DNA of 64,000 nt, taken from Eledone cirrhosa. Its lineage: Eukaryota. Shown one piece after another: positions 53,331 to 64,000 of the stretch (the first letter of the stretch is position 1; every line of letters begins with the position of its first letter). The stretch is from contig OZ024740.1 in the NCBI GenBank assembly GCA_964016885.1, forward strand, positions 339,388,001-339,452,000, given 5' to 3'. Below the pieces are notes generated by a model. That model was not told the origin of the DNA. It did not search any database and saw nothing but the letters and a program-made list of their open reading frames with translations. Position numbers and translations under genes: made by a program.

Positions 53331-55655
53331 ATGCTGAAGCTGACTACATTACATAACATTATACAGTCACTCACAAATGCACACACACACACACACACAC
53401 AAGTATAATTTTTTTGTCACTTGTAACATAGTCCATATGAAGAGACTCTGGGCAGCTGCAATGAAATGCATCACCATTCAAGAAAATACATATATAAATA
53501 GTTGCACTTGGTTAAGACATAAATACGTTTATCATATTTCTAATGAAAATACAATGATTGTTTATATTAATTAATTTTTTTTAATTCGAATTTGAGGAAA
53601 TGACTACTAATCTTTGCATTAGTAAGCTGCTATTTGAAACATTACATAAATTTCTTAAATAAATTATGATTGATAGTTTTGATGTAAGTATGAACGTTAT
53701 AAAATAAGCAGTAGTGTATCATAAAACTAGGGTGGTTTCATGCAGTTGGTTCTGAAAGGGTTAACAAGAAACAGGTGGTATTTCAGCCTGTAATGTCATT
53801 TTTCTATCTAAATTTCCTACCACTGCAGAAAGAAAAAAATAATATAATAATTAATAATCTTTTAGATTTTATTCTAATTCCTTAATCTTATCAAGGAAGA
53901 GGGGATGCTCTCAGATGATTAAATCCATGTTAAATCATGTTTTCTAACTTGCTTAAGTCATTCTGGTGTCTGCTTAAGTTTTATCTTTCTGGGGCTTTTC
54001 TCTGTCTCTCTTCTTCCTCTGATACTTTTAAAACACTAAAGTGCTTCTATTCAAACATCTTCATACTTTTATCTTGTCATCTATACCTTCACAATCAATA
54101 AATAAATACCCTTACCATTTCCCCCACTTATATACATGCCTACTAACTTCCCCTACCATTTCCAAGAATTTATAGCTTTTATGATCCCCCCCACACCTTA
54201 TCAAGATTATATCTCCCTTTTTTTCATGCCACAGATACTGTCCCATAATTTTCTTTGCTGCTTTCTTGAAACTTCTCTGCTTTATCATCCCTTAACATCC
54301 TGTATCACCTCCCTCCCTGCTCGCCCCACACTCTCCATAGTTGATTCCACTCCTAATGCTGCTTATGCTGCTACTACTGCTGCCATTGTTGTTGCTGCTG
54401 TTCACTCTCATATGCAACAGTTTTCTATCCTAACTTCTATCATTGCTGACAATCTTTATATTTTTCCTCATCCCTCTTTCCCTCTCCATCCTCCCCTGTG
54501 TGTATGTGTGTGTTTCTTTCTCTCTCTCTCCTCATCCTTCTTCTACTTGCCCCATACATGCTGCCTGCCTGTTTGTTGTCTTGGCAAAAGGATGAGTCAG
54601 ACAGAATGAAGCTTCCTGCAGATAATGGTGTGGATATCCAACAGTTGTTCATAGAATTGTCTGGGCCAGTCTCTTCTTCTTCTCCTCTGACACATAACTT
54701 AATATATACTGGCAACTAAGCCTGGAGACTTGTTGAACACTCTGCTAGTATTGGCACCACCATTATTTCTACAGGCTTTCAGTCCTACACAGTTTCCTTA
54801 GAGGGAAATAGGCAGAGTAGAAAGGGATTTGATTAAGGGAGTTGTTTAGAGAGTAGATGCAGTGACAAGGAAAGATTATATATATACAGAGAGAGATAGA
54901 TAGAAATTGAGAATGGGAGAGAGAGTTTCTGTTTGAATGGGAGTGGAAACATAAATAATGGTGTTGGAGAGGCAATGGGGGAAGAGAGCAAGATATTAAA
55001 AGGGGAGGAGCTACAAGAGATATTGGAGAGAGAAGAGGAGGAGGAGGAGGTGTGTCTTCGGAGAATGAACTAAGTAGATTGATGTCTGTGGGATATTAAC
55101 TCTGGATTCTCTCCTATGTATATACTTCTCCCCACCACCAACACATTTGTGTAGCAACTATTAATGGATGATGATGGTGGGTAGTGTAGCATGGTTGTGT
55201 TGTGTAAGTGTTGGGTGGTGGATAGTGAGGGAAGATTAAGGGTAATGTTGTGTGGCATTGGGTTGTGATGGTGATGAATGATGATGGATGGTGATGGGAA
55301 GATAGAGGGTAGTTTTGCATGGTATTGGGTGGTAAAGGAAGATATAGGATGGCATTGGTGGTGGGGCGGCAGGGGGAGGTGGGGTGAAGAAAAATATGGG
55401 ATAATGTTGTGCAACATTGGTTGGTGATGGTTGTTGTGGCAGTGGGTAGTGAGGGAAGATGTGGGTGTAATCTTGTGTGGCACTGGTGGTAGTATGGTTG
55501 TCATAGACATAATCTCATCATCACAGTCACCATCATAGTGTTGATAGTGATGGGGGTTGGGGGGGGGGTAGTGATAGTGAAGAAAGAAGTCCTTCCACAT
55601 TGAATTTTGATAGAATTCAAGCAATTCACTCCTAGTCAGTTGTGATTCTTCAATA

Positions 55656-57390
55656 TTAACCCTTTCATTACAATATTTCTAAAGACACTGCCTAGGATTT
55701 TTAAATCATTTTGAAAATAATCAAGAATTTGGAGGGCTTTATTAAAATAGCTAATATTCTTATTAAGCTGGTGTTTGGAACATAACTTAACAAACGTTCT
55801 TACATGATATTGTGATAGAAGTTTTTAGACAAATATAAACCCAGTCTACACTGTAAAGTGGTTGTTTAGGTGACAACAAAAATCACCCAGCACACACTGT
55901 AAAGTGGTCATGTAGGTGTCACAACAAAAAGCACCCAGCACACACTGTAAAGTGGTCATGTAGGTGTCACAACAAAAAGCAGCCAGCACACACTGTAAAG
56001 TGGTCATGTAGGTGTCACGACAAAAAGCACCCAGCACACACTGTAAAGTGGTCATGTAGGTGTCATGACAAAAAGCAGCCAGCACACACTGTAAAGTGGT
56101 CATGTAGGTGTCACAATAAAAAGCACCCAGCACACACTGTAAAGTGGTCATGTAGGTGTCATGACAAAAAGCACCCAGCACACACTGTAAAGTGGTCATG
56201 TAGGTGTCATGACAAAAAGCACCCAGCACACACTGTAAAGTGGTCATGTAGGTGTCACAACAAAAAGCACCCAGCACACACTGTAAAGTGGTCATGTAGG
56301 TCTCACAACAAAAAGCACCCAGCACACACTGTAAAGTGGTCATGTAGGTGACACGACAAAAAGCACCCAGTCCACACTGTGAAGTGGTCATGTAGGTGTC
56401 ATGACAAAAAGCACCCAGCACACACTGTAAAGTGGTCATGTAGGTGTCACAACAAAAAGCACCCAGCACACACTGTAAAGTGGTCATGTAGGTGTCATGA
56501 CAAAAAGCAGCCAGCACACACTGTAAAGTGGTCATGTAGGTGTCACAATAAAAAGCACCCAGCACACACTGTAAAGTGGTCATGTAGGTGTCATGACAAA
56601 AAGCACCCAGCACACACTGTAAAGTGGACATGTAGGTGTCACAACAAAAAGCACCCAGCACACACTGTAAAGTGGTCATGTAGGTCTCACAACAAAAAGC
56701 ACCCAGTCCACACTGTAAAGTGGTCATGTAGGTGTCACAACAAAAGCACCCAGTCCACACTGTAAAGTGGTCATGTAGGTCTCACAACAAAAAGCACCCA
56801 GCACACACTGTAAAGTGGTCATGTAGGTGTCACAACAAAAAGCACCCAGCACACACTGTAAAGTGGTCATGTAGGTCTCACAACAAAAAGCACCCAGCAC
56901 ACACTGTAAAGTGGTCATGTAGGTGACACGACAAAAAGCACCCAGTCCACACTGTGAAGTGGTCATGTAGGTGTCATGACAAAAAGCACCCAGCACACAC
57001 TGTAAAGTGGTCATGTAGGTGTCACAACAAAAAGCACCCAGTCCACACTGTAAAGTGGTCATGTAGATGTCACAACAAAAAGCACCCAGTCGACATTGCG
57101 AAGTGGTCGTGTAAGCATCACAACAAAAAGCACCCAGCACACACTGTAAATGTGGTTGGCATTAGGAAGGGCATCCAGCCATAAAAAATAAGCCAAAATC
57201 CATTCTGTGTGAACGAATCACGGTCCCCCGACCTGATCTCTCACAAAGGGACAGCCCATCCTACCCATGCTAGCGTAGAAGATAGACATTAAACGACGAC
57301 GATGATGATGATGATAAACACTTGAAAATAAACTGCTTTGTATCATAAAACTAGTGGTGGTTTCAGGGGGTTTGGTATCAAAAGGATTGA
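55656..57390. mobile_element. piggyBac-like MITE interrupted by the 48-bp array insertion
   Basis: Left end TTAACCCTTT; right part 57320-57390 matches the MITE end at ~53700-53764 (..GTATCATAAAACTAG..AAAGGGTTAA); relatives at ~21168-21685 and ~58600-58840. Confidence 0.55.
55841..57150 (+). repeat. 48-bp tandem array (~27 copies) derived from the RTE 3'UTR module
   Basis: Unit CACACTGTAAAGTGGTCATGTAGGTGTCAYRACAAAAAGCACCCAGCA; continues directly into RTE terminal box and tail (57150-57315). Confidence 0.97.
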
Positions 57391-57589
57391 TAGCTGCTGT
57401 TTTATGTTTGAATAAATAAGTCAGCGCCAGTCAGTTAGGGTTGCATTGGTCATTTCACTGACTTAGGTGATCATGATGATGATGATACAACAGGAGGGGG
57501 GGGGAGAGGTTCCAAAATTATAATGAGGAAATAGTAGAGATAGTATTAGTATCTTGGTTATCGATTGGTTTTTTGCAGTCATGGTGGCA

Positions 57590-57865
57590 GAGGCAGTGGT
57601 GGAGGTGGCAGCAGCCGCAGTGGTGCCAAGGGAGTTGTGGTGGTGGTAGTAGTAGTAGTGGTGATGGTGGTTGTGGTGGTGGTGGTGGTGATGGTGGTGA
57701 TAGTAGTGATAGTGATGTTAATAGTGGTGGTGGTGGAGATGGTGATGGTAGTAGTAGTAGTGATGGTGGTGGTGATGGTAGTAGTAGTGATGGTGGTGGT
57801 GATGGTGATGGTAGTGATAGTAGTGGTGGTGGCGATAGTAGTGATGTTGGTGGTGATGGTAGTAA

Positions 57866-57900
<35 letters not shown>
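57590..57900. repeat. Compound trinucleotide repeat (GTG/GAT/GTA)
   Basis: Direct inspection. Confidence 0.95.
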
Positions 57901-59529
57901 TGTTTTTTCACTACACTAAGTATTTCTTTCTAACTAAAAAGACTCATTTCATGCATGCCACCAGTCTGTATGTGACTCAGTCATCTCCATCTCAAAAGGG
58001 CTTCATGTCCTTTTTCCTCACCACTTCCCAATCTTTTCCACTAATAATGTTTATTTCTATCATTAACTATATTGTTATTTATAGCACAAGCTTATTGAGA
58101 TTTGTCTGGTGGGTGGGGCTTACAGTTATACCAGTATTATTGTTGTTGTTGTCTTGGTGGGAGTGAGATATCCAGACTATGAGAAGTCATGTGTGTGTGT
58201 TTAGTTTTTACATTTGTTTTTAATGGTTTCAGTTAAGGAAGGAAGGAAGGAAGGAGCAGTGATATTAACCATTTTCAGGACCAACTGGAGTATGGTAGTA
58301 AACTAGAGTATGGTAATACTGTAAAACTGGACACTTGATCCAGATGCTTGCAACAGAGTTGCTTCTACTAAAAGCTCTCAAACAACAGGTGATGGTGTTA
58401 AACTGAGCAATGAATTAATACTTTTTATACTGTAAATGAGGTTGGCTCTAGAAAGGGCATCCAACTGTAGAAAATAAGCCAAAATTATTTCTGTATGAGC
58501 AAGGTATGGTCATCTGACCTAGCATTGCTCACAACAAGATAACTCATCTAACCCATGCCAACGTGGAAAAGTGGATGTTAAACGGTGATGATGATGATAA
58601 TATACTAGCCTGCCTGAAACTGGTCCTGCTTTTATGATACAAAATTACCCATTTTAAAGTGTTCATATTTATATCAAAACCTTCCATCATAATTTTATTT
58701 CAGAAAATGTTATTCCAAACATTAGCTTACTTAAGTCAAAGTTAGTTATTTTATTAAATTCCTCAAGACTTTTGATTATTTTCCAAATTTATAGAAAAAT
58801 AAAAGCAGTGTATTTCACTAATATGGTAACAAAAATGTTTTCTATCATCTATGTAGACACAGCAGGATTTGAACTCAGAACAGAAAGAGCCAAAGCAAAC
58901 ACTACCCAGCCTCTTGTCTAACAATTCTGCTTGTCCATCCCTTGAGACTGGTACTTTATTTTAACCCTAAAAGAACGAAAGGCAAAATTGGCTTGGTGGG
59001 ATTTGAGCACAGGAATCCAGAACAAATGCCACAAGGCATTTTGTTCTATGCTCTAACAACTTTACCAATTACCCACCTGTTTCATACTAAATGCTGAGTG
59101 TGGTTGTGATTGTTCAGTGAAAACTTTGATCTCAAAAGCCTTCCAGTCATGACCATCCCATCTATTTTTCTAGTACTTTTTAGTAACCCAGACAACGATA
59201 TAAAATCTGACATTTTCTTTAAATATGATAAGGTGAAATTTGACGGAGGTTTGGCTGCTATTTTTAACATGTGAAACAATGTCTTAGTGTGGTTAGTTCT
59301 TGTGTTAATGGAAATATTGTTCAAATTGACATGGCTCAGTAGTAGTAGCAGTAGCAGCAGTAACAGCAGCAGCAGTTGTGGTTGTGGTGATAATAGTGAA
59401 TTGAAGGGTAAATCATAAGTCATATGATAAGAGTGGGTGGTAGCAACCATGACTTCTCCACATTTGGAGTTAAACGCTAATAAATGTCAGAAAAATTTAC
59501 AATGAGTTGAAGTCAGATTTCTAAATGAA

Positions 59530-59945
59530 TGCTGTTGTTGTTTAGCCCTAGGCCTGGCATGATCCAGCAGAAGACCTATGGCAAATAAATAATCAGTAAT
59601 ATGATTGTGTTCCAGCACAGTGACTGTTATTGTTGTTTAGCCCTAGGCCTGGCTTGATCCGGCAGAAGACCTATGGCAAATAAGTAATCAGTTGTATGAT
59701 TGTGTTCCAACACAGTGACTGTTGTTGTTGTTTAGCCCTAGGCCTGGCTTGATCCGGCAGAAGACCTATGGCAAATAAGTAATCAGTTGTATGATTGTGT
59801 TCCAGCACAGTGACTGTTGTTGTTGTTTAGCCCTAGGCCAAGCCTGATCCAGCCGAAGACAAATAAACAGTCAGTTGTATGACTGTCTATGTGTTCCAAC
59901 ACAGTGATTGCTGTTGCCTTTGTTTAGCCCTAAGTCAGCCATCAT
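59530..59945. repeat. 95-bp tandem repeat, ~4.3 copies
   Basis: TTTAGCCCTA at 59541, 59636, 59731, 59826, 59923. Confidence 0.95.
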
Positions 59946-60151
59946 CCAGTAATACTTTCCTTTTCTCTATCCTGATTTAATCCAACACCCTGTTTACCAC
60001 CACCACCTGTCTCTTGGGTGACTTTAGAAGAGTTCTCTCTGATATAAAGATTGGAGCCAAGTCTCCTGTGACCCCAAAGAGAGTCATAGATACAGCCCTT
60101 CCTTTCCTGACAGAACAATTTAAAAAATGTCTTCCATGATTGTGGAATAGG

Positions 60152-60300
60152 CACAGGCATGTCTATGTGCTGGAGAAGTGTGTCTCATGATCATGTCCCA
60201 CAGTGCAGAAACTTTGACAGGTTTCTTCTACCATAGCTTTAAGTTCACCAAGGCCTTGTGAGTGAAAATTGGTAGATGGAAACTGTGTAGAAGCCCATTG
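60152..60300 (+). mobile_element. Old SINE family 3 (CORE-like)
   Basis: ..CTTGTGAGTGAAAATTGGTAGATGGAAACTGTGTAGAAGCC; decayed copies at ~1730-1852 (-), 6255-6390, 7810-7940, 39875-40012. Confidence 0.6.
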
Positions 60301-60419
60301 TATGTATGAATATGAATGTGCGTGAGGGTGCTTAACCTGACTGTTTTTGGCGTCCTATAACAACAGTTCTACAAAAAGGAATCGATGCAATAAACACCAG
60401 ACTTGAAAAAGAAAATATA

Positions 60420-60575
60420 TGCTGGGTTTGATACAATCAACTAAACCCCCTTCAATGTGTACTGGGTTTGATATCAACTAAACTCCCTCAGTATGTATTG
60501 GGTTTGATATAATCAACTAAACCCCCTTCAATGTGTACTGGGTTTGATATAATCAACTAAACCCGTACAATATGT
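60420..60575. repeat. ~39-bp tandem repeat, 4 copies
   Basis: TGTACTGGGTTTGATATAATCAACTAAACCCCCTTCAA-like units. Confidence 0.9.
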
Positions 60576-61239
60576 ATCAGTATGCTCCCAGTCAAATGAC
60601 TGAAACTAGTAAAAGAATAAAAGAACAAAAGAATAAACACTTTAACCCTCAACATCTTGTACCACATGAAACCACATTAGCAAGACTTTCTTGAAAAGTA
60701 CAAATCATTATTATAACTACATCACATTAAAAATGCTTGTCTTTACTTTGGTTTACTGCAAATTTTCACAACAATCTGTCCACTAGTAAAGATACTATAA
60801 ACATTTTAATTAACAAATCTATTTTTAGATAGTTTCTGTTAGATCATTACAGAATGGTAAGAGTTGAGTCTCTATATTCTGTATTATTTTTTTTACACTA
60901 TCTACACATATAAGACAGTTTTATAGTTTTATATAATTTGAAAGTAAAAGAGACTAGCTTGATAGTATAAACTCCTCGCCTACAATACAATAAATAACAC
61001 TGGTTACTGGTTGCTGCATCGACTAGCCAGAACAATTAGCATCAATGAATCAAAGAATTTTACTGAAGGCATGTAATTTAGCGAAATGAGATGGAACACT
61101 CATATATTACCTCTGTTACTACAGTGCAGGTCATCACATCGTTATTAAAACCAATATAATAGTCATAGGAGGAAATCTAGAGAGGAAAAATTTCTCCAGA
61201 AATTATATTTCTACTGCATTCTTTCATTCATACTACTAT

Positions 61240-61485
61240 CTCTCCTTCCTCTTCTTCTTCTTCCTCCTCATCCTCGTCCTCCTCCTCCTCCTCCTCCTCA
61301 TCATCATCATCATCCACTTCCCCCTCGTAATCCCCACCTCTTCTCCCTCTTCTCCCTCCTCCCCTCTCTTCTTCCTTATACACCTCTTCTTTTCTCCTCA
61401 TCCCCCTCTTACTTCCTCCTCTTCTTTCCTCCTCATCCTCTTCCTTATACCACCTCTTCTTTCCTGCTCCTCCTCCTCTTCCTCT
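61240..61485. repeat. Pyrimidine-rich low-complexity tract (CCT/CTT)
   Basis: Direct inspection. Confidence 0.9.
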
Positions 61486-61900
61486 TTTGTACATTGGTTT
61501 GGTTTATAGTTGTGTAGTGTGATATTACCATTCGGTGATATCAGATATCTATTGGATATGGCCATGACTAATAATAATCAATAGATATCTTATTAGACTA
61601 AATTATTTGCTCAAGCAAAGTTTGTTAGTTATTTCCTCCATACAGTTTTTCTTCTCTCCTTCTGGAACGGACTGTGAAAGTATTCTGCCTTTTTTTCTTT
61701 CTTTTTGTTTATTTTTTTATTTTCTTTTATTTTTTCTTTTGCTTTTTGCTTTCTTTTTTTAGAGGGTGGGGAATTGTTGGTTTTTATGTGTGTCTTGGTG
61801 TATCTACATGTGATTGTGTGTGTTTGAATGTGTGTGTAGAGTGAGAGAAGATTAATGTACTCAGAATTCTTAAACTTACATACACACTCACCCTGTCTCA

Positions 61901-61934
<34 letters not shown>

Positions 61935-62345
61935 TAATGTGTGTGTGTGAAGGCACATGGCTTTGTGGTTAGAGCATTGGGCTTGCAATCATGAGGTTGT
62001 GAGTTCATGGACTAGGTGATGTGTTGTGTCCTTGAGCAAGAAACTTTATTTCACATTGCTCCAGTTTACTCAGCTGTAGAAGTGATGATGATATACCATG
62101 TGAATTTCAATTTTAGAAATTACTAAATTGTATGTCATAAGAGGTGACTAAAGAGACTGGCAACAGAAAGAGCATCTGGTCATCATCCAACACATGCCAG
62201 CATGGAAAAATGGACAAAATATATATCATCATGATATATTTTATACTGAATAAAACTGATAGAACTGACAAATAATAGTAGAAAAACCAATGGAAACAGA
62301 TTTTTCAGTCCAATCTGATATGAAAGACAAGGTTCCATGTTAATT

Positions 62346-62530
62346 GTGGATTGGCAGTATCGGTAGAGGGTCGGTCGCCATGCTTTCCAGCATAGTTACG
62401 TCCCTTTACGATCTGAGTTCAAATCCCGCCGAGGTTGACTTTGCCTTTCATCCTTACGGGGTCGATAAAATAAAGTACCAGTAATGCACTGGGTATTTGC
62501 TGGCCTTGTGCCAAAAGTAGAAACAATTAT
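62346..62530 (+). mobile_element. SINE family 1
   Basis: Near-identical to the 9232 copy. Confidence 0.9.
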
Positions 62531-63213
62531 TAGCTATGTCTTAGTTTATCAAATTTTATATTTGGATAAGTTTTCTAAAGAATTTAACTGATAGTAAACA
62601 CAGTCTCTATACTCATCATTTATACTTCATTTCTGTCTTTAGTTTGTAAAACTTCACACTCACCCTCATTATCACCATCATCATTTTTACATACATTATT
62701 TTATGCCTGCATGAGTTTTACAAGCTCTTTCCAGGACAGCTATTCTCTACATGTTTCTTTCTCCTGTCATCTGAGATCAGCTTCCACCACTTTGACCATC
62801 CACTACATCTTCCTTCCATTTGGAACTCCTGGCAATTCTTCACCAAACAACTATCATCCATATGAATTACATATCTTTGCCATTACAATTTTCTTCCTTA
62901 CACACTACATCTGATTCTACTTATACCAAGTGTTTCTCTCAACTCATGCACACTAACATTACATATCCAATAGAGAAAGTCTGCTCAATTCAGTTTCGTT
63001 CTGTTTTTTGCACATCCTCTACATTCAATGTTCATATCCCACTGCCATTACATTTTGTACACAGAGCTCATACAATCATTTAAATATATTTTGATCCACA
63101 GAATTCTTATCATATCTCTTACCTTTATATCTAGAAGATATGGTGATGTGATTAAGTAGATTCTTGTGTAATTATATGGCTTTGTGACCCACTAACACAT
63201 TCACATAATATAT

Positions 63214-63268
<55 letters not shown>

Positions 63269-63703
63269 CATACATATTTATACTCATATAATTCATACAA
63301 TTTTTATGGATCTTTCCAAATATACTTATTTTCACATACACTTATATATTTACACATGTAGCTCTTCCACATTCACTCACTCATTCAAAGCCCATAAGTG
63401 TATGATTGTATGAGTATATGTGTGTATATAGAGATACATGGAAACAGACATATGCACATATATATGTGTGTGTGTGTATATATATATATATACACACACA
63501 CATATACATATGCAGACAGACAGAGAAAGAGAGAGAAATATACATGCACACACACACACATATGCACATGCATGTATGTATGTATATATGTATACGTTTG
63601 TTTTATATAGAAATTACTTCTACAGGTCTAGAATATTTCATTTATATGATTTCATATGAATGAAACAGTTGTTAGAAGTCATTTCTATATAAAATAAGTA
63701 ATA

Positions 63704-64000
63704 CAGAAAACCCACCTTGCCTAAGTACAAAGCGAAACCTACAGTCAGTAGGCACCTCTTAATCAAATATACACCCCCTCCCACTACCCCAATCCCCCAC
63801 CCCCACCCATATCAACACCACCCCTTTCTCTGTAAAGTTATGTTGGTACCACAACATCCAGTCCTAAATAAATGAGGTCGTGTAGGTGTCACGACAAAAC
63901 AAAACACACAGTCCACGCTGTAATGTGGCCGTGTAGGTAACACGGTAAAAACCTCCCAGTCCACACTGTAAACGTGGTTGGTGTTAGGAAGGTCATCCAG
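63704..64000 (+). mobile_element. RTE lineage B variant 3' end (runs off window)
   Basis: Matches 44350-44645. Confidence 0.9.

Noticed and set aside
55841-57150. CRISPR-like regular array / Cys-rich repeat protein (ORFs 55846-56760 and 56724-57140)
   Set aside because: No unique spacers and no cas genes; eukaryotic context; the unit derives from the RTE 3'UTR; the frame is open only because 48 is a multiple of 3 and it breaks at ~56740
57565-58166. Poly-Val, poly-Thr and Gly/Ser/Asp ORFs
   Set aside because: Compound trinucleotide repeat open in several frames, with no splice or homology support
61228-61494. Glu/Arg/Gly-rich ORF
   Set aside because: Low-complexity purine tract on -; no domain evidence

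Overview
AT-rich, repeat-dominated animal DNA with no recognisable host protein-coding exon. The SINE/LINE repertoire and giant (TA)n tracts look cephalopod- or octopus-like, which is an inference. Three large (TA)n microsatellite islands (~10.6-19.8, ~22.3-35.7, ~40.9-52.4 kb) are packed with nested, mostly 5'-truncated retroelements. These include at least 4 RTE/RTE-X LINE lineages, Penelope-like element (PLE) pieces (one RT fragment and two GIY-YIG fragments not evident as such in the ORF track), tRNA-derived SINEs and one hATm-like DNA transposon. The main signal not explained by the ORF track is a dense set of type I hammerhead ribozymes (CTGANGA/stem II/GAAA/palindromic loop III/NUH) from several families. 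Four elements carry the ribozyme on both arms of a long inverted repeat, and one sits in a 466-bp 1.45-mer with retrozyme architecture (30250-30926). Separately, RTE 3'UTRs contain covarying GNRA-hairpin plus H-type pseudoknot modules, and one module is amplified about 27 times into a 48-bp array (55841-57150). All RNA structures were paired by eye and none is experimentally tested.
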